Shown here: positions 34,301 through 42,338 of the stretch, piece by piece
Position numbering within the stretch: the first letter of the stretch is position 1
How the letters are laid out: each line of letters opens with the position of its first letter
Source of the DNA: a virus
Lineage: Duplodnaviria; Caudoviricetes
DNA length: 64,000 bases
IMG/VR virus record: IMGVR_UViG_3300037808_002146
Strand: one strand, 5' to 3'
Translations under genes and position numbers: made by a program
Notes under the pieces: generated by a model
Databases searched by the model: none
What the model was told of the DNA's origin: nothing
Seen by the model: the letters and a program-made list of their open reading frames with translations, nothing else

Positions 34301-35930
34301 CAATATCCTTGAAGAAAGCCTTGAATTTTTTAGGGTTAAACAAATCCTGCAACCCTTCAAACATCTTGGTAGATTTCATGAGTTTCATGAAAACTTTTCC
34401 AATGTCTTGACCGAATTGAAAAACAGTTTTTAAGAACGATCTTATAGTTTCCATTAGTGCGCGCATGTCTTTGTCTTTAGACATCGCTCTCATAAAGCCT
34501 TTACCGAATGCATCGCCAATACCCGAGAAACTCTGGCCAGCTTCTGCGATTTTCTCTATAGCTTTAGCCAGTTTCAGCATGACTTCTTCTTGGGAAAGTT
34601 GATTCTCTTCTGCGTCTCCAGCTGCATCGGCAAAATCTTCGTATGCGACTCCTTGATTTTCAGCTGCAAAAGCATTCTGTAATGCTGACTCTGAAAGTCC
34701 TGTTTGAGCCATCATGAGTTTCTTTTCTTGGCGGGTCATTGTCTCTATAGACTTGCCGGCAGCATGAAAAGCATTTCGCATCATATCAATTCGTTCGGCT
34801 GGATTTTCTGCATTCATCATCTTCATGGTATCAAGTTGAATGCCAAATGCTTGATTCAACTGAGAGACGCTATCGGCTGCACCTTCGAAGTCATCAAATT
34901 TATCAACAACGCCCTTGAGATCTTTCATGTCCATGCCAAGTTTTCTGGCGTATGCAGAAGCAGCTCCCATTTGAGTAGTACTCATATTACCAAAAGAAAC
35001 GAAGTCGCCCTTCATGTCAGCAATATCTTTGCCGATATCTTTAGAACTTAAGTCAAACTTTTTTGCCATCTGGAGAGACATGCTGCCAACTTCAGTCATC
35101 ATGTCGGTTTGCGACTTTCCGGAAAGGGCAGCATCTTTCATTAGCTTGCCCATTTGCTCGCCAGACAAACCAAGACCTTTGGAGAACATAACTGCTTTTT
35201 CTGCGCTCTTACCAAATTCGTCGCCAAGAAGATTTATTGCTGGGCCTAGCCCTTTTGCAATATCGGATACAGCACCCATCATCTTCGCCATGCCATCTGG
35301 GCCATATCCGAAGACTCTAGATGCGGATAAACCAGTGCCAGCTAAATTGCCAGCAGAAGAGCTCATATCTTTAAAGCCAGCAATTACATTTTTCGCAGGG
35401 CCTTCAGCAAAAGAGCCGAATTCTTTACGCACGTCTTCATAGGCTTGTCTAAGTGCTGTTCCAGCTTGGGCAGCATTATTAGCCATACCGACAAGACCAC
35501 TGAATAATTTAAATGGAATTGCGATTATTGCAGAGCCAATGCTGAATAGACCGCCAACAAAACTTTTGAGTAGTCCGCCAACGCCCTTAAGGGAAATTCC
35601 CATATCTTTAAAGCCAGAAACTAGCCCTAAAACCCCACCCGCTCCAGCTGCGGTTCCTGTAGACATTTTTGAAAAGAAACCGTCTGCAGATTTTGATTGT
35701 TTATCTTGAGATTTTCTTGCTTTATCCTGTTCGGCTGCTAATTTTCCTTGGCCGAGGATTGCTTTTTCTTGCTTTTTAGCATTTTCGTCGGCAGCGTCAT
35801 TCATTTCGCCGGCGCATCGAGATTGTTCTCCACACGCACCGCTTAGTTTGCTTTGAAGCCTTACTTGCTCTTGAAGCAACTTGTTTAGTTGAGCTTGTAA
35901 CTCAACTTGTTTCCCTAGATCTTGCGACAC
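31302..35930 (-). CDS. tail tape measure protein
   Basis: 1542 aa, Ala/Gly/Met-rich helical sequence with hydrophobic segments, downstream of tube and chaperone genes. GTG start with GGAGG. Confidence 0.85.
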   Translation of the reverse strand: MSQDLGKQVELQAQLNKLLQEQVRLQSKLSGACGEQSRCAGEMNDAADENAKKQEKAILGQGKLAAEQDKARKSQDKQSKSADGFFSKMSTGTAAGAGGVLGLVSGFKDMGISLKGVGGLLKSFVGGLFSIGSAIIAIPFKLFSGLVGMANNAAQAGTALRQAYEDVRKEFGSFAEGPAKNVIAGFKDMSSSAGNLAGTGLSASRVFGYGPDGMAKMMGAVSDIAKGLGPAINLLGDEFGKSAEKAVMFSKGLGLSGEQMGKLMKDAALSGKSQTDMMTEVGSMSLQMAKKFDLSSKDIGKDIADMKGDFVSFGNMSTTQMGAASAYARKLGMDMKDLKGVVDKFDDFEGAADSVSQLNQAFGIQLDTMKMMNAENPAERIDMMRNAFHAAGKSIETMTRQEKKLMMAQTGLSESALQNAFAAENQGVAYEDFADAAGDAEENQLSQEEVMLKLAKAIEKIAEAGQSFSGIGDAFGKGFMRAMSKDKDMRALMETIRSFLKTVFQFGQDIGKVFMKLMKSTKMFEGLQDLFNPKKFKAFFKDIEETVKKFADFLITGTGNPEDILQEFVDKISGFVGGKGKAMGQIGSAFMRLGEFLLVTLKVVGKWLWKKVQPVLISAFDAVKGYLSKNWKPIAMFIAKWVIAPMFVLAMIKGLAFAAGGGLLKILAAGMTKWVLASAATAKAGAAAGGAAPAAGGFAAFIASFAAIPWPAIGKATVVLLALVTLFAFAVVAFSAAVALAATMLEKVTWGGIAKTFLVVGAAILSTVKLVAIGFTLSELLPLMIPAGIGLVAAAVLFTVGVMAYSIAIDKISEWTEKIKWIKFASTLAGVGIAIAATVALLGAGVVFALAGFGMVAAAAGLVGAAALFRVGILEYAKAIDIVQTKAEDINWKKFASTLAGVGIAVLATGALFVSGGLMALGGLGFIVAAIGLKAGAAFFEGAILIFASAIESAMPAFKLMHKNKEVVSFGLFALDKIIDSIIKLKRVAKSFGIMSAIFGSSFTKGVKTAAEFFIDTTPSIIKMIKAISEMKIKNASHVKLQIEIVGAAVAAMQQLGEMGIKVGKLARVSKMLTGGKMDTMINAMSKFVLAVGVSLTIVIKEISKMAKAMPGGKDNNAKARIVAQIIAAVAQLASALFSPLKVVSELGGGMFGPGPQKTMDAVIGGVTKILLAIKTDLPVIVKSVLDLEKHVGDPKTAEPKMKIVSLAVESVAKFATGLGAAMKMIPTGETAWYKKDKDMKERVAQMMCGIKGVIGVITENLEVVVKAITGIKIDGDLNAITKKVVIVEKTMSALTMFGDVIQKWKGSMSGKMGAAVFIATVAAVVEGFVKAIGPTAGGWDISDIFDYLKTFKPDESLLTKVDSAIKTIGKVSKFGSVVADLPMATSIGSLAGKIEGLVGGLKTSVGTLNSLNDIGGVKIKMGPLKSFGKALMRVSSIFKGYQAKYFGPDGIMATAAGDMVEAYNSTYEAFQNLNGGAPIDLSLKLDKFAEALGVTSDKFTIKSDQLNFTVNIKVELDAEKMVDTISDKKKMGERTVKLAAR
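33226..33464. repeat. exact 26-bp direct repeat inside the tape measure gene (33226-33251 and 33439-33464)
   Basis: acgccagcaagagttgatgcgaattt occurs twice, 213 nt (71 codons) apart, and encodes KFASTLAGV. Confidence 0.85.
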
Positions 35931-35945
35931 GCCGCCTCCGAAAAA

Positions 35946-35966
35946 AATTAACTGTTACAGTTAATT
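35946..35966. other. AT-rich inverted repeat AATTAACTG-N3-CAGTTAATT in the tape-measure leader
   Basis: Perfect 9-bp arms; followed by a T run on the minus strand. Confidence 0.5.
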
Positions 35967-35999
35967 ATTAAGTACAGGAAAATGCTATAAATATATAGA

Positions 36000-36257
36000 T
36001 TAAAAAGGCCAGGCCAATCCGGTTGTATCAAGAAATTTTTTAGAAGCTAATTTTTTTTCAATCAAAATACTCTTCACTTCGTCTAAGCTGATAGACTCTG
36101 AGCATAGTGCTTCATATAATTTTTTTGAACTAGAAAGGGCACTAGCAGTGGCGTTTGCAACTTCTCTATCGCCGTTAATCTTAAATTCTAAACCTTCTCC
36201 TATGACGTACTTAGCGCAGTCCGAAAAAAAGTATTTCCATTGTATTTCTTTTAGCAT
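36000..36257 (-). CDS. hypothetical protein (85 aa)
   Basis: Between the chaperone pair and the tape measure gene. ATAGTTA 5 nt before the ATG. Confidence 0.7.
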   Translation of the reverse strand: MLKEIQWKYFFSDCAKYVIGEGLEFKINGDREVANATASALSSSKKLYEALCSESISLDEVKSILIEKKLASKKFLDTTGLAWPF

Positions 36258-36265
36258 ATTATTAA

Positions 36266-36538
36266 CTATGTAAATCTTCTCAATTTTGCAGGAACTTGTG
36301 CACGATTTCTGCCTAATAGTGCCCTTGTTTGTGGATCGTTTTGATGAGCTGCCCTTGTTTGGGCTCCTTCACCGCCATTCCTCTTGTTTGTTTCGACTAT
36401 TTCTTTATTTATTCTCTCTAAAAACCAAAGTCGTTGCCAAACAGGTAGTAAGTAGGCTTCCCTATAGGAAAACCCCATATAGTATATTAAAAGAAATATT
36501 TGGTTTAAAAAGACCTCTTTATAATCAGGCGTCAGGCC
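36266..36538 (-). CDS. frameshift extension ('T' part) of the tail assembly chaperone
   Basis: The frame is open from the T7 run: (FF)GLTPDYKEVFLNQIFLLIYYMGFSYREAYLLPVWQRLWFLERI.... The track's ATG at 36478 is internal and lacks an RBS. Confidence 0.7.
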   Translation of the reverse strand, partial: GLTPDYKEVFLNQIFLLIYYMGFSYREAYLLPVWQRLWFLERINKEIVETNKRNGGEGAQTRAAHQNDPQTRALLGRNRAQVPAKLRRFT

Positions 36539-37376
36539 AAAAAAACGAAGCTCCCAGAGGGAGCTTTACCTCCGAGGTTTCGGTGCAATGAATACACTCT
36601 AACCAACCAGATAAATCAATACCGGGCTCATTTTTATCTAAATGCCTTCTTAGAGCTAAAGAATCTCTAGCTGGCATATTCCTAACAAACATATTAATCT
36701 TAGAACGATCAGATATTCCATTAACAGAAACAATAGAATACTCAAGTCTTTGAGTTACCATGTTATCCCCGGAAATACCTCTCTTTTTTCTACGTTCGGA
36801 AATTGTCATAATTTCCTTTTCATCTTCGCCAGTTAGAAATTTAAATTTAATAGGAAGACCTGTTGACGGTAATTTGAATTCAAAAACGTTAGCTCCAATT
36901 GAGATAGGATTAAGATCTAAGGTGCTAATAGGCATTTCGGTTAAATCAAATGCTTGCTTAGATCTTTCGCCGCATGCAGGACAATCTACTTCGACGTTAT
37001 ATTCCGGTCCATAACCTGTTACTCTTAACGCTGTCATAATTGCATTTCGATCTCCGGATAAAAGTTTATCTGGATCTATAGATTTGTCTACTAAGCAAGA
37101 CCTTAAAAGAGAAGTAATAACTGTACCTTTTTTAATCAACGCTCGAGATGTTAAGATATCTTCGTCTTTAGCTGTCATGGCTGTAATTTCGACTGTTTCT
37201 ACTCCGTATACAGAGCTATCTACGTCATAGATTACGCCTTTGGATGGAAGTGGAACAGCTTCGATTGGAACATCAAAGCCAAAGTCCTCCCTCATTACGC
37301 TTTTCGTAGGTATTCCAGCGGTACTAGCATCGCCGAATAATTCTCTTCTCGCTTCTTTATTATCACTATTACTCAT
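36525..37376 (-). CDS. T4 gp26-like baseplate-hub assembly / tail assembly chaperone
   Basis: VPLPSKG, MTAKDEDIL, DRNAIM.ALR.TGYG..Y, two CxxC pairs (CPAC, CIHC), ends FFWPDA. Directly after the tube gene. Confidence 0.8.
   Translation of the reverse strand: MSNSDNKEARRELFGDASTAGIPTKSVMREDFGFDVPIEAVPLPSKGVIYDVDSSVYGVETVEITAMTAKDEDILTSRALIKKGTVITSLLRSCLVDKSIDPDKLLSGDRNAIMTALRVTGYGPEYNVEVDCPACGERSKQAFDLTEMPISTLDLNPISIGANVFEFKLPSTGLPIKFKFLTGEDEKEIMTISERRKKRGISGDNMVTQRLEYSIVSVNGISDRSKINMFVRNMPARDSLALRRHLDKNEPGIDLSGWLECIHCTETSEVKLPLGASFFWPDA
36539..36545 (-). promoter_or_regulatory. putative slippery site (T7 run) for a +1/-2 programmed frameshift
   Basis: TCG TTT TTT TGG in frame 0 versus CGT TTT TTT GGC in the shifted frame, four codons before the upstream stop. 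Confidence 0.65.
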
Positions 37377-37450
37377 TTAAAAAACTTCTCCCCTGTTCTA
37401 GATTTAGAAAATTTATAAATTTTATAGTTTATAAACGCGGGAGTAAAATA

Positions 37451-37484
37451 AAAAAAGCCAAAAGAAAATCCCTCCTGGCTTTTT
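37451..37484 (-). terminator. probable intrinsic terminator after the tail tube gene
   Basis: AGCCAGGAGG...TTCTTTTGGCT stem (with G-U pairs) followed by a T run. Confidence 0.6.
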
Positions 37485-37520
37485 TAAATAGAATTAAAAG
37501 AAAATTTCTAAAATTCTAGT

Positions 37521-38009
37521 TTAGTACTGGAGTACGCAGTTATCAAAACGGATAGTCATTGATATTTCAGCTGGATCTTCCGAGCCATAATCTAAATCAC
37601 CAAAACCGGCAGATGTTAAGAAACAACCCTTCATATCCCAAAGCTCTACAACAGTACCTACAGCATCTAAAAGCTTTAATTGGCAATCTCGTTTGTAGAA
37701 ATCAGCATATCCGCCGCGGCCAGATACTGATTCGAAATGAGTACGTACCCATTCCATAACTTGCTGCGCTCCAGACGGAGCGATTGGGTCGTGTAAAGTG
37801 ACACTCAAAGCATCAAATTTAGTTTTTCCAGCAATATACCGGGTTGAATTCATGAATGGGATTTCAACTTCTGCAGTGTTAATAGTTGGTCTTGCTGCTG
37901 TTTTAATAAGATATGCATCGATACCCTCAATCGCAAAGACCCATCTAAACTTTCGTTTTGGTTCAAATTTGTTTGGTAACATGCTTGAGACGTTTAATGT
38001 TTCGGCCAT
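37521..38009 (-). CDS. tail tube protein (gp19-like)
   Basis: 162 aa directly after the sheath genes. EPKRKFRW, YIAGKTKF, QQVMEWVR, GDLDY, IRFD. Confidence 0.88.
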   Translation of the reverse strand: MAETLNVSSMLPNKFEPKRKFRWVFAIEGIDAYLIKTAARPTINTAEVEIPFMNSTRYIAGKTKFDALSVTLHDPIAPSGAQQVMEWVRTHFESVSGRGGYADFYKRDCQLKLLDAVGTVVELWDMKGCFLTSAGFGDLDYGSEDPAEISMTIRFDNCVLQY

Positions 38010-38030
38010 GGTTTTCTCCTAATCTCCTTT

Positions 38031-38037
38031 TAAATAT
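38031..38037 (-). promoter_or_regulatory. putative late-promoter motif ATATTTA upstream of the tube gene
   Basis: The ATANTTA motif recurs upstream of many structural genes (see findings). Confidence 0.45.
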
Positions 38038-38045
38038 ACTCTATA

Positions 38046-41000
38046 TTAGATTTCTGCACCAGCATTTGTGATAACAAAGTCAAGTGAAATAAATTCAACA
38101 GAACGGGTAGGTTGCAAGAATATCTTACCACGCAATGTGTTGTTCTCTACGTCCGTCTGTGTAGTTGTTGTTGCGTCAATCTTCACTAAGAATCTATCGA
38201 CACCCTGCTGTTGCTGAATCTGTCTTAAAATTGGATTCACCTGAGCAGAAAACCTCGCGAGGGTAGATTCCCTGTTTGGTTCAAAAATGAAGCTGTTTGC
38301 TACTTTTCTAACTCTTCTACGTAACTCAATAAGTAATCTACGAACATTAACTCTGTCCAGAGAACTTTGAGTTCTAAGTAATGTTTTTTGACCAAAAACT
38401 ACTACCCCTTCTGTATGTGGGAATGAAGTAAGCGGGTTAATATCAACATCATATAGAGAATCCAAATTATCTCTGTTTAACTTAACTTGTGTTTCAGTTA
38501 CATTGACCATTGCGCCTCTTGTAAAACCAGCTGGAGCAAACCAAGGATGTGCCAGTTGATCGTTAAGAGCGAAAGCCCCCAACACAGGAACCGAAGGCGG
38601 CACTTGGATGTTTTGCCCTGTTGATGGATCATTTAAGATAACATCTGGAAAATATGTAGCTGCGAAGCTTGTATCTAGAACTCGGTTGTTAAAACGAGTA
38701 ACTGTATTTGATACGCTAACTTTCTGTGCTGAACCTGTTACTACTGTATTTTCTGAATCATATACAATTGCATCCATGATATACATCGCATCAAATCTAG
38801 ATTCTACAGCGTCTATAGCTTTATCAGTTATTAGAGTTTGTCTAATTCCAGGAATTGCGAGTAATTGGATATCAACATCAGATCTCTCAGTTAAGACATC
38901 AATTGCTTTCATGTAAGTTGCTGCTGTAGCTCCGGCTTTACCACCTTGATTAGCTACATCAACAACTTCTCTCATAACCGCAACATCTGACAAAGCTGCC
39001 TTTTCTTTATCGAAAACTTCAGTACCATCAAAACCGCCAGCAACAAAAACATTGAACTTGAGATACCTTCTAACTGAACCTAAATCTAAGTCGGTAGTGG
39101 TGTTTAAGAACCTCGTCTTACTAGAAGCGGTGTTTCCATCAGCATCTAATATACTACTGTCTAGAACGCCTGTTCTCCTATACTCAGCTGCGGCCCATTG
39201 TGCGGAGTCTGGAACATCTGCTGCGGTTGTTACAACTTGAATATTTTCAAGGGTAAATTTATTATTATTGTAAGTATCTGCCGCAGAAGATCCTGTCCGG
39301 TGAGATATCAAAGACAAACTAGCTTGATCAAAATCCGGGAAGTACTTAGTCCAAGTGTTAGCGGAAGCTAAAGGTTGGCTATTTTTATTTGGTTCGTGAT
39401 AAAGATCATCAACTTCAAATTGGATACCCCAGTTTAACGAAGAAGCTACCCTCTTCTTTGGAACTTCTCCTACCGCTAAGTTTCTTCTAAGCGGTAATGG
39501 AGGTGCAACTATTTTTTCGTGTGCTAGTCCTGCTGCGTCTACAATCGTTGAGTCAACTGCAGCGAAAGTTACCGAGTTGTCTATATTAAGTTTTTGTGGT
39601 CCGCGGAACCCAAATGGAAGTGCGGAAGCATCCATTTTGCCATTTTCTACAGAATCGGCCATTTCCACTCTAATATATTTAGAGTTGTTTTCAAATCTGC
39701 CCGAAAGCGAAAGTTTTTGGCTACCAGCTCGTTTATCAAAATCATAAAATAATCTTTGATCACCTATGATTCGAGCAATATACCTCTCCGAGTTAGGGTT
39801 CAAGCTTAGCGAAGGAAACTTCTCTAAAACAACCTGTTCTCTATCGTTATCACTAAATCGTCTCACCATCAAATCGAAAGAACCATATCTGTTCTTATCC
39901 GATTGCGATCTTTTCAAGTTTTCAATAGAAACCTTATAGACCTCATTTCCTTGTGCGCCGTCGTCTAAAGAGTGAACCCTAAATAGCGGTTCATTATTTC
40001 CACCAAACTTTTGTGAAATCAAAGTTGGTGAAACAGCAGCTCTAAATCTATCGGAAAAGTTTTCCGTATTCGGCTTTGTAGCTGTACCTGCATTTCTGTT
40101 ACCGCTCGATGGTAGCAACATTGCAATATCATTTCCACTTTTGCCAGTAGAAGTTAGATATGGGTTCGTTGTGTTCATCGGAGATGCATATGTGCTAAAT
40201 ACGTCGTAATGAGCATATAAATAGTGACCTGATTCCTGAATGGCTGTTGGGTCTGTATTAAAAATATTTGCTATGTAATTTGAAGCTTGCGGATCAAAAG
40301 AAGCGGTGACTGCGTTAGGATGCGAAGTTGTGCTCTTGTGACCGTTAAGAATCATTACAAATTCTTGCTTGCCGTTTGTTAAGTCAACTTTACCAAGAGG
40401 TGATCCACCGTTCTCGATTCCAGAGATTGTTGGGTTATCTTCGAAAGGTGCAGTTGATCCAGCCAATTGTATAACAGTATTTGCGCCACCCTCAAAGTGA
40501 GAATCAACTGTAGCTTCTGCGGCCGTCATGGTTGTTTGTATTTCGGTATCGCCGGCAGATCCGCCTACAACTTGAGATAAGGTAACCATAGAACCAGAGG
40601 CGTGTGCAAATATTTTGCCAGCATGGCCGGTGGCTGCGTTAACAGCTCTTGCGAAATCAGTCGCCGCAACTGAGGCCCCGCCAACATCGCCTCTCTTAAA
40701 GTCCAAGCCATCTTCGTTGCCATTATTAACAGCGACGTAAGTTCGAGGAGTAGCTCCATCTGTTATTATAATATTATGTGCAGCAGTAACTGCTCCCAAG
40801 AAATTAATCTTTGCTTTAGCATTTGGTTTAGTTCCAATTTGTCCAACTGGAACGTTATTGCTAATTGCCGCCCGAGAAGCAACAAGCGATGGAACAACTC
40901 CAGAAGGATACATCATTACACCGCGTAAGACGTTTGCGTATCTTATGCCAGTTGCTGAATCCGCTAAACCCGATCCTGCTTCAGTAAAGATGTTTTCACC

Positions 41001-42314
41001 TTTACCGCTAGTAAAAGTTGCAGGGACTGTTGAATTTGCAATGGTAGCTGTTATTGCTCTATTGCCAGAACGCCCAGGTTGATCCTGAGTGATGGTGAAA
41101 TCTCCAACAGCGTCGTTATTATCGGTATGTGCTACCGAAAGTTTGCCATTGTGACCTGAGGCTCCTTCAATAGCAGTTTTTAGTGCTGCATATGTAGCAT
41201 CAGCGTCATCACCTGATATTGTCACCGAAACATTTCCTGCTGTGATGGTGGTGTCGGTGTCAAACTCGTATGTCTTGGAAGTGCCATCAGTAGAAACCAA
41301 AGTGATAGTGTCAGCATCAGATGGTTGACCAGTATAACTGATCTTTGCCGTTGCTGAAGACGTTGCGACTTCTTTCATTAGAACACTAAGGAAGTGCGTT
41401 CGACCCTCTCCGCCATGGCCGTCTTCGCCATTTCGAAATGCGTTAACTGTAGCTGCTGTGGTTATCACGCCACCATTAACTGTTACTGCAGGTGGCAAAG
41501 CTGCTCCAGCCGCGCCATTAACAATTTGGGTATTTCCAGCTCGACCACCGTCACGTTGCGTTAAAGTCATCGCTTGAGCAGAATTAGCAGCTGCTCCAGG
41601 CAGTCCTGAAATTACGATCGAGCCGTTGTGACCATTTTCGGATTCAATAGCTGCCTTGAGTTGTACTAGAAAAGAGTGGGCAGTAACTGCGGTAGGATCG
41701 GTGGACATACCTACTTTTATTAATCCGCCATCGAGGTCGCCAGTATTACCTACAGCTGCTGCGACTACTTTATACGTCTTAGATACGCCCAGGCCGTCTG
41801 TAATGGTTATTGTATCATTTGCCGTGATAGTGTGGTTAGTCGCATCGCCAACAGCAACACCTATTGCGGCAGTAGCTTGAATCGCTCCACGTTCTGCGCC
41901 AGTATATATATTGGATCCAACGGTTCCCGTATTCGGGTTAACCTGTTCTTCACCAACGATAAATCCGGCATTCTTGACAGAACCAGCTGGAATCGTCTTA
42001 CCTTTTGAGTTAGTACCTGCTGCTTGAAGGCGAGCTTTGCCGTCTCCGACTCCAAGAACCTTAAGATAGAGACCCGCTCTTGCGTTTGATAGCCACTCCC
42101 TTAAAGCCATAGGGCCAAATTTATCTGGGCCGACTCCTCCAAATTCAGCTACAAACTCTGAAAGGTTTGCAAAAACTAGGGGAACAAAGGCACGACCCTT
42201 AATGGATGTACCAATAACGCCAGCTGGCGTTCCAACCGGGCCGACTCTGGATCGACCCGATAGGTCTATTTCCCGAGTGCTTACTCCTGGACTTTTAAAT
42301 GTCAGTTCTGCCAT
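38046..42314 (-). CDS. tail sheath protein, paralogue 2 (1422 aa) with inserted repeated domains
   Basis: N-terminal FKSPGVSTREIDL and GVIGTSIKGRAFVP; C-terminal WFAPAGFTRG, VVFGQKTL, RVNVRRLL, FEPN, EFISLDF. Confidence 0.92.
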   Translation of the reverse strand: MAELTFKSPGVSTREIDLSGRSRVGPVGTPAGVIGTSIKGRAFVPLVFANLSEFVAEFGGVGPDKFGPMALREWLSNARAGLYLKVLGVGDGKARLQAAGTNSKGKTIPAGSVKNAGFIVGEEQVNPNTGTVGSNIYTGAERGAIQATAAIGVAVGDATNHTITANDTITITDGLGVSKTYKVVAAAVGNTGDLDGGLIKVGMSTDPTAVTAHSFLVQLKAAIESENGHNGSIVISGLPGAAANSAQAMTLTQRDGGRAGNTQIVNGAAGAALPPAVTVNGGVITTAATVNAFRNGEDGHGGEGRTHFLSVLMKEVATSSATAKISYTGQPSDADTITLVSTDGTSKTYEFDTDTTITAGNVSVTISGDDADATYAALKTAIEGASGHNGKLSVAHTDNNDAVGDFTITQDQPGRSGNRAITATIANSTVPATFTSGKGENIFTEAGSGLADSATGIRYANVLRGVMMYPSGVVPSLVASRAAISNNVPVGQIGTKPNAKAKINFLGAVTAAHNIIITDGATPRTYVAVNNGNEDGLDFKRGDVGGASVAATDFARAVNAATGHAGKIFAHASGSMVTLSQVVGGSAGDTEIQTTMTAAEATVDSHFEGGANTVIQLAGSTAPFEDNPTISGIENGGSPLGKVDLTNGKQEFVMILNGHKSTTSHPNAVTASFDPQASNYIANIFNTDPTAIQESGHYLYAHYDVFSTYASPMNTTNPYLTSTGKSGNDIAMLLPSSGNRNAGTATKPNTENFSDRFRAAVSPTLISQKFGGNNEPLFRVHSLDDGAQGNEVYKVSIENLKRSQSDKNRYGSFDLMVRRFSDNDREQVVLEKFPSLSLNPNSERYIARIIGDQRLFYDFDKRAGSQKLSLSGRFENNSKYIRVEMADSVENGKMDASALPFGFRGPQKLNIDNSVTFAAVDSTIVDAAGLAHEKIVAPPLPLRRNLAVGEVPKKRVASSLNWGIQFEVDDLYHEPNKNSQPLASANTWTKYFPDFDQASLSLISHRTGSSAADTYNNNKFTLENIQVVTTAADVPDSAQWAAAEYRRTGVLDSSILDADGNTASSKTRFLNTTTDLDLGSVRRYLKFNVFVAGGFDGTEVFDKEKAALSDVAVMREVVDVANQGGKAGATAATYMKAIDVLTERSDVDIQLLAIPGIRQTLITDKAIDAVESRFDAMYIMDAIVYDSENTVVTGSAQKVSVSNTVTRFNNRVLDTSFAATYFPDVILNDPSTGQNIQVPPSVPVLGAFALNDQLAHPWFAPAGFTRGAMVNVTETQVKLNRDNLDSLYDVDINPLTSFPHTEGVVVFGQKTLLRTQSSLDRVNVRRLLIELRRRVRKVANSFIFEPNRESTLARFSAQVNPILRQIQQQQGVDRFLVKIDATTTTQTDVENNTLRGKIFLQPTRSVEFISLDFVITNAGAEI

Positions 42315-42338
42315 TTGTTAACTTCTCCTGTTATATTC

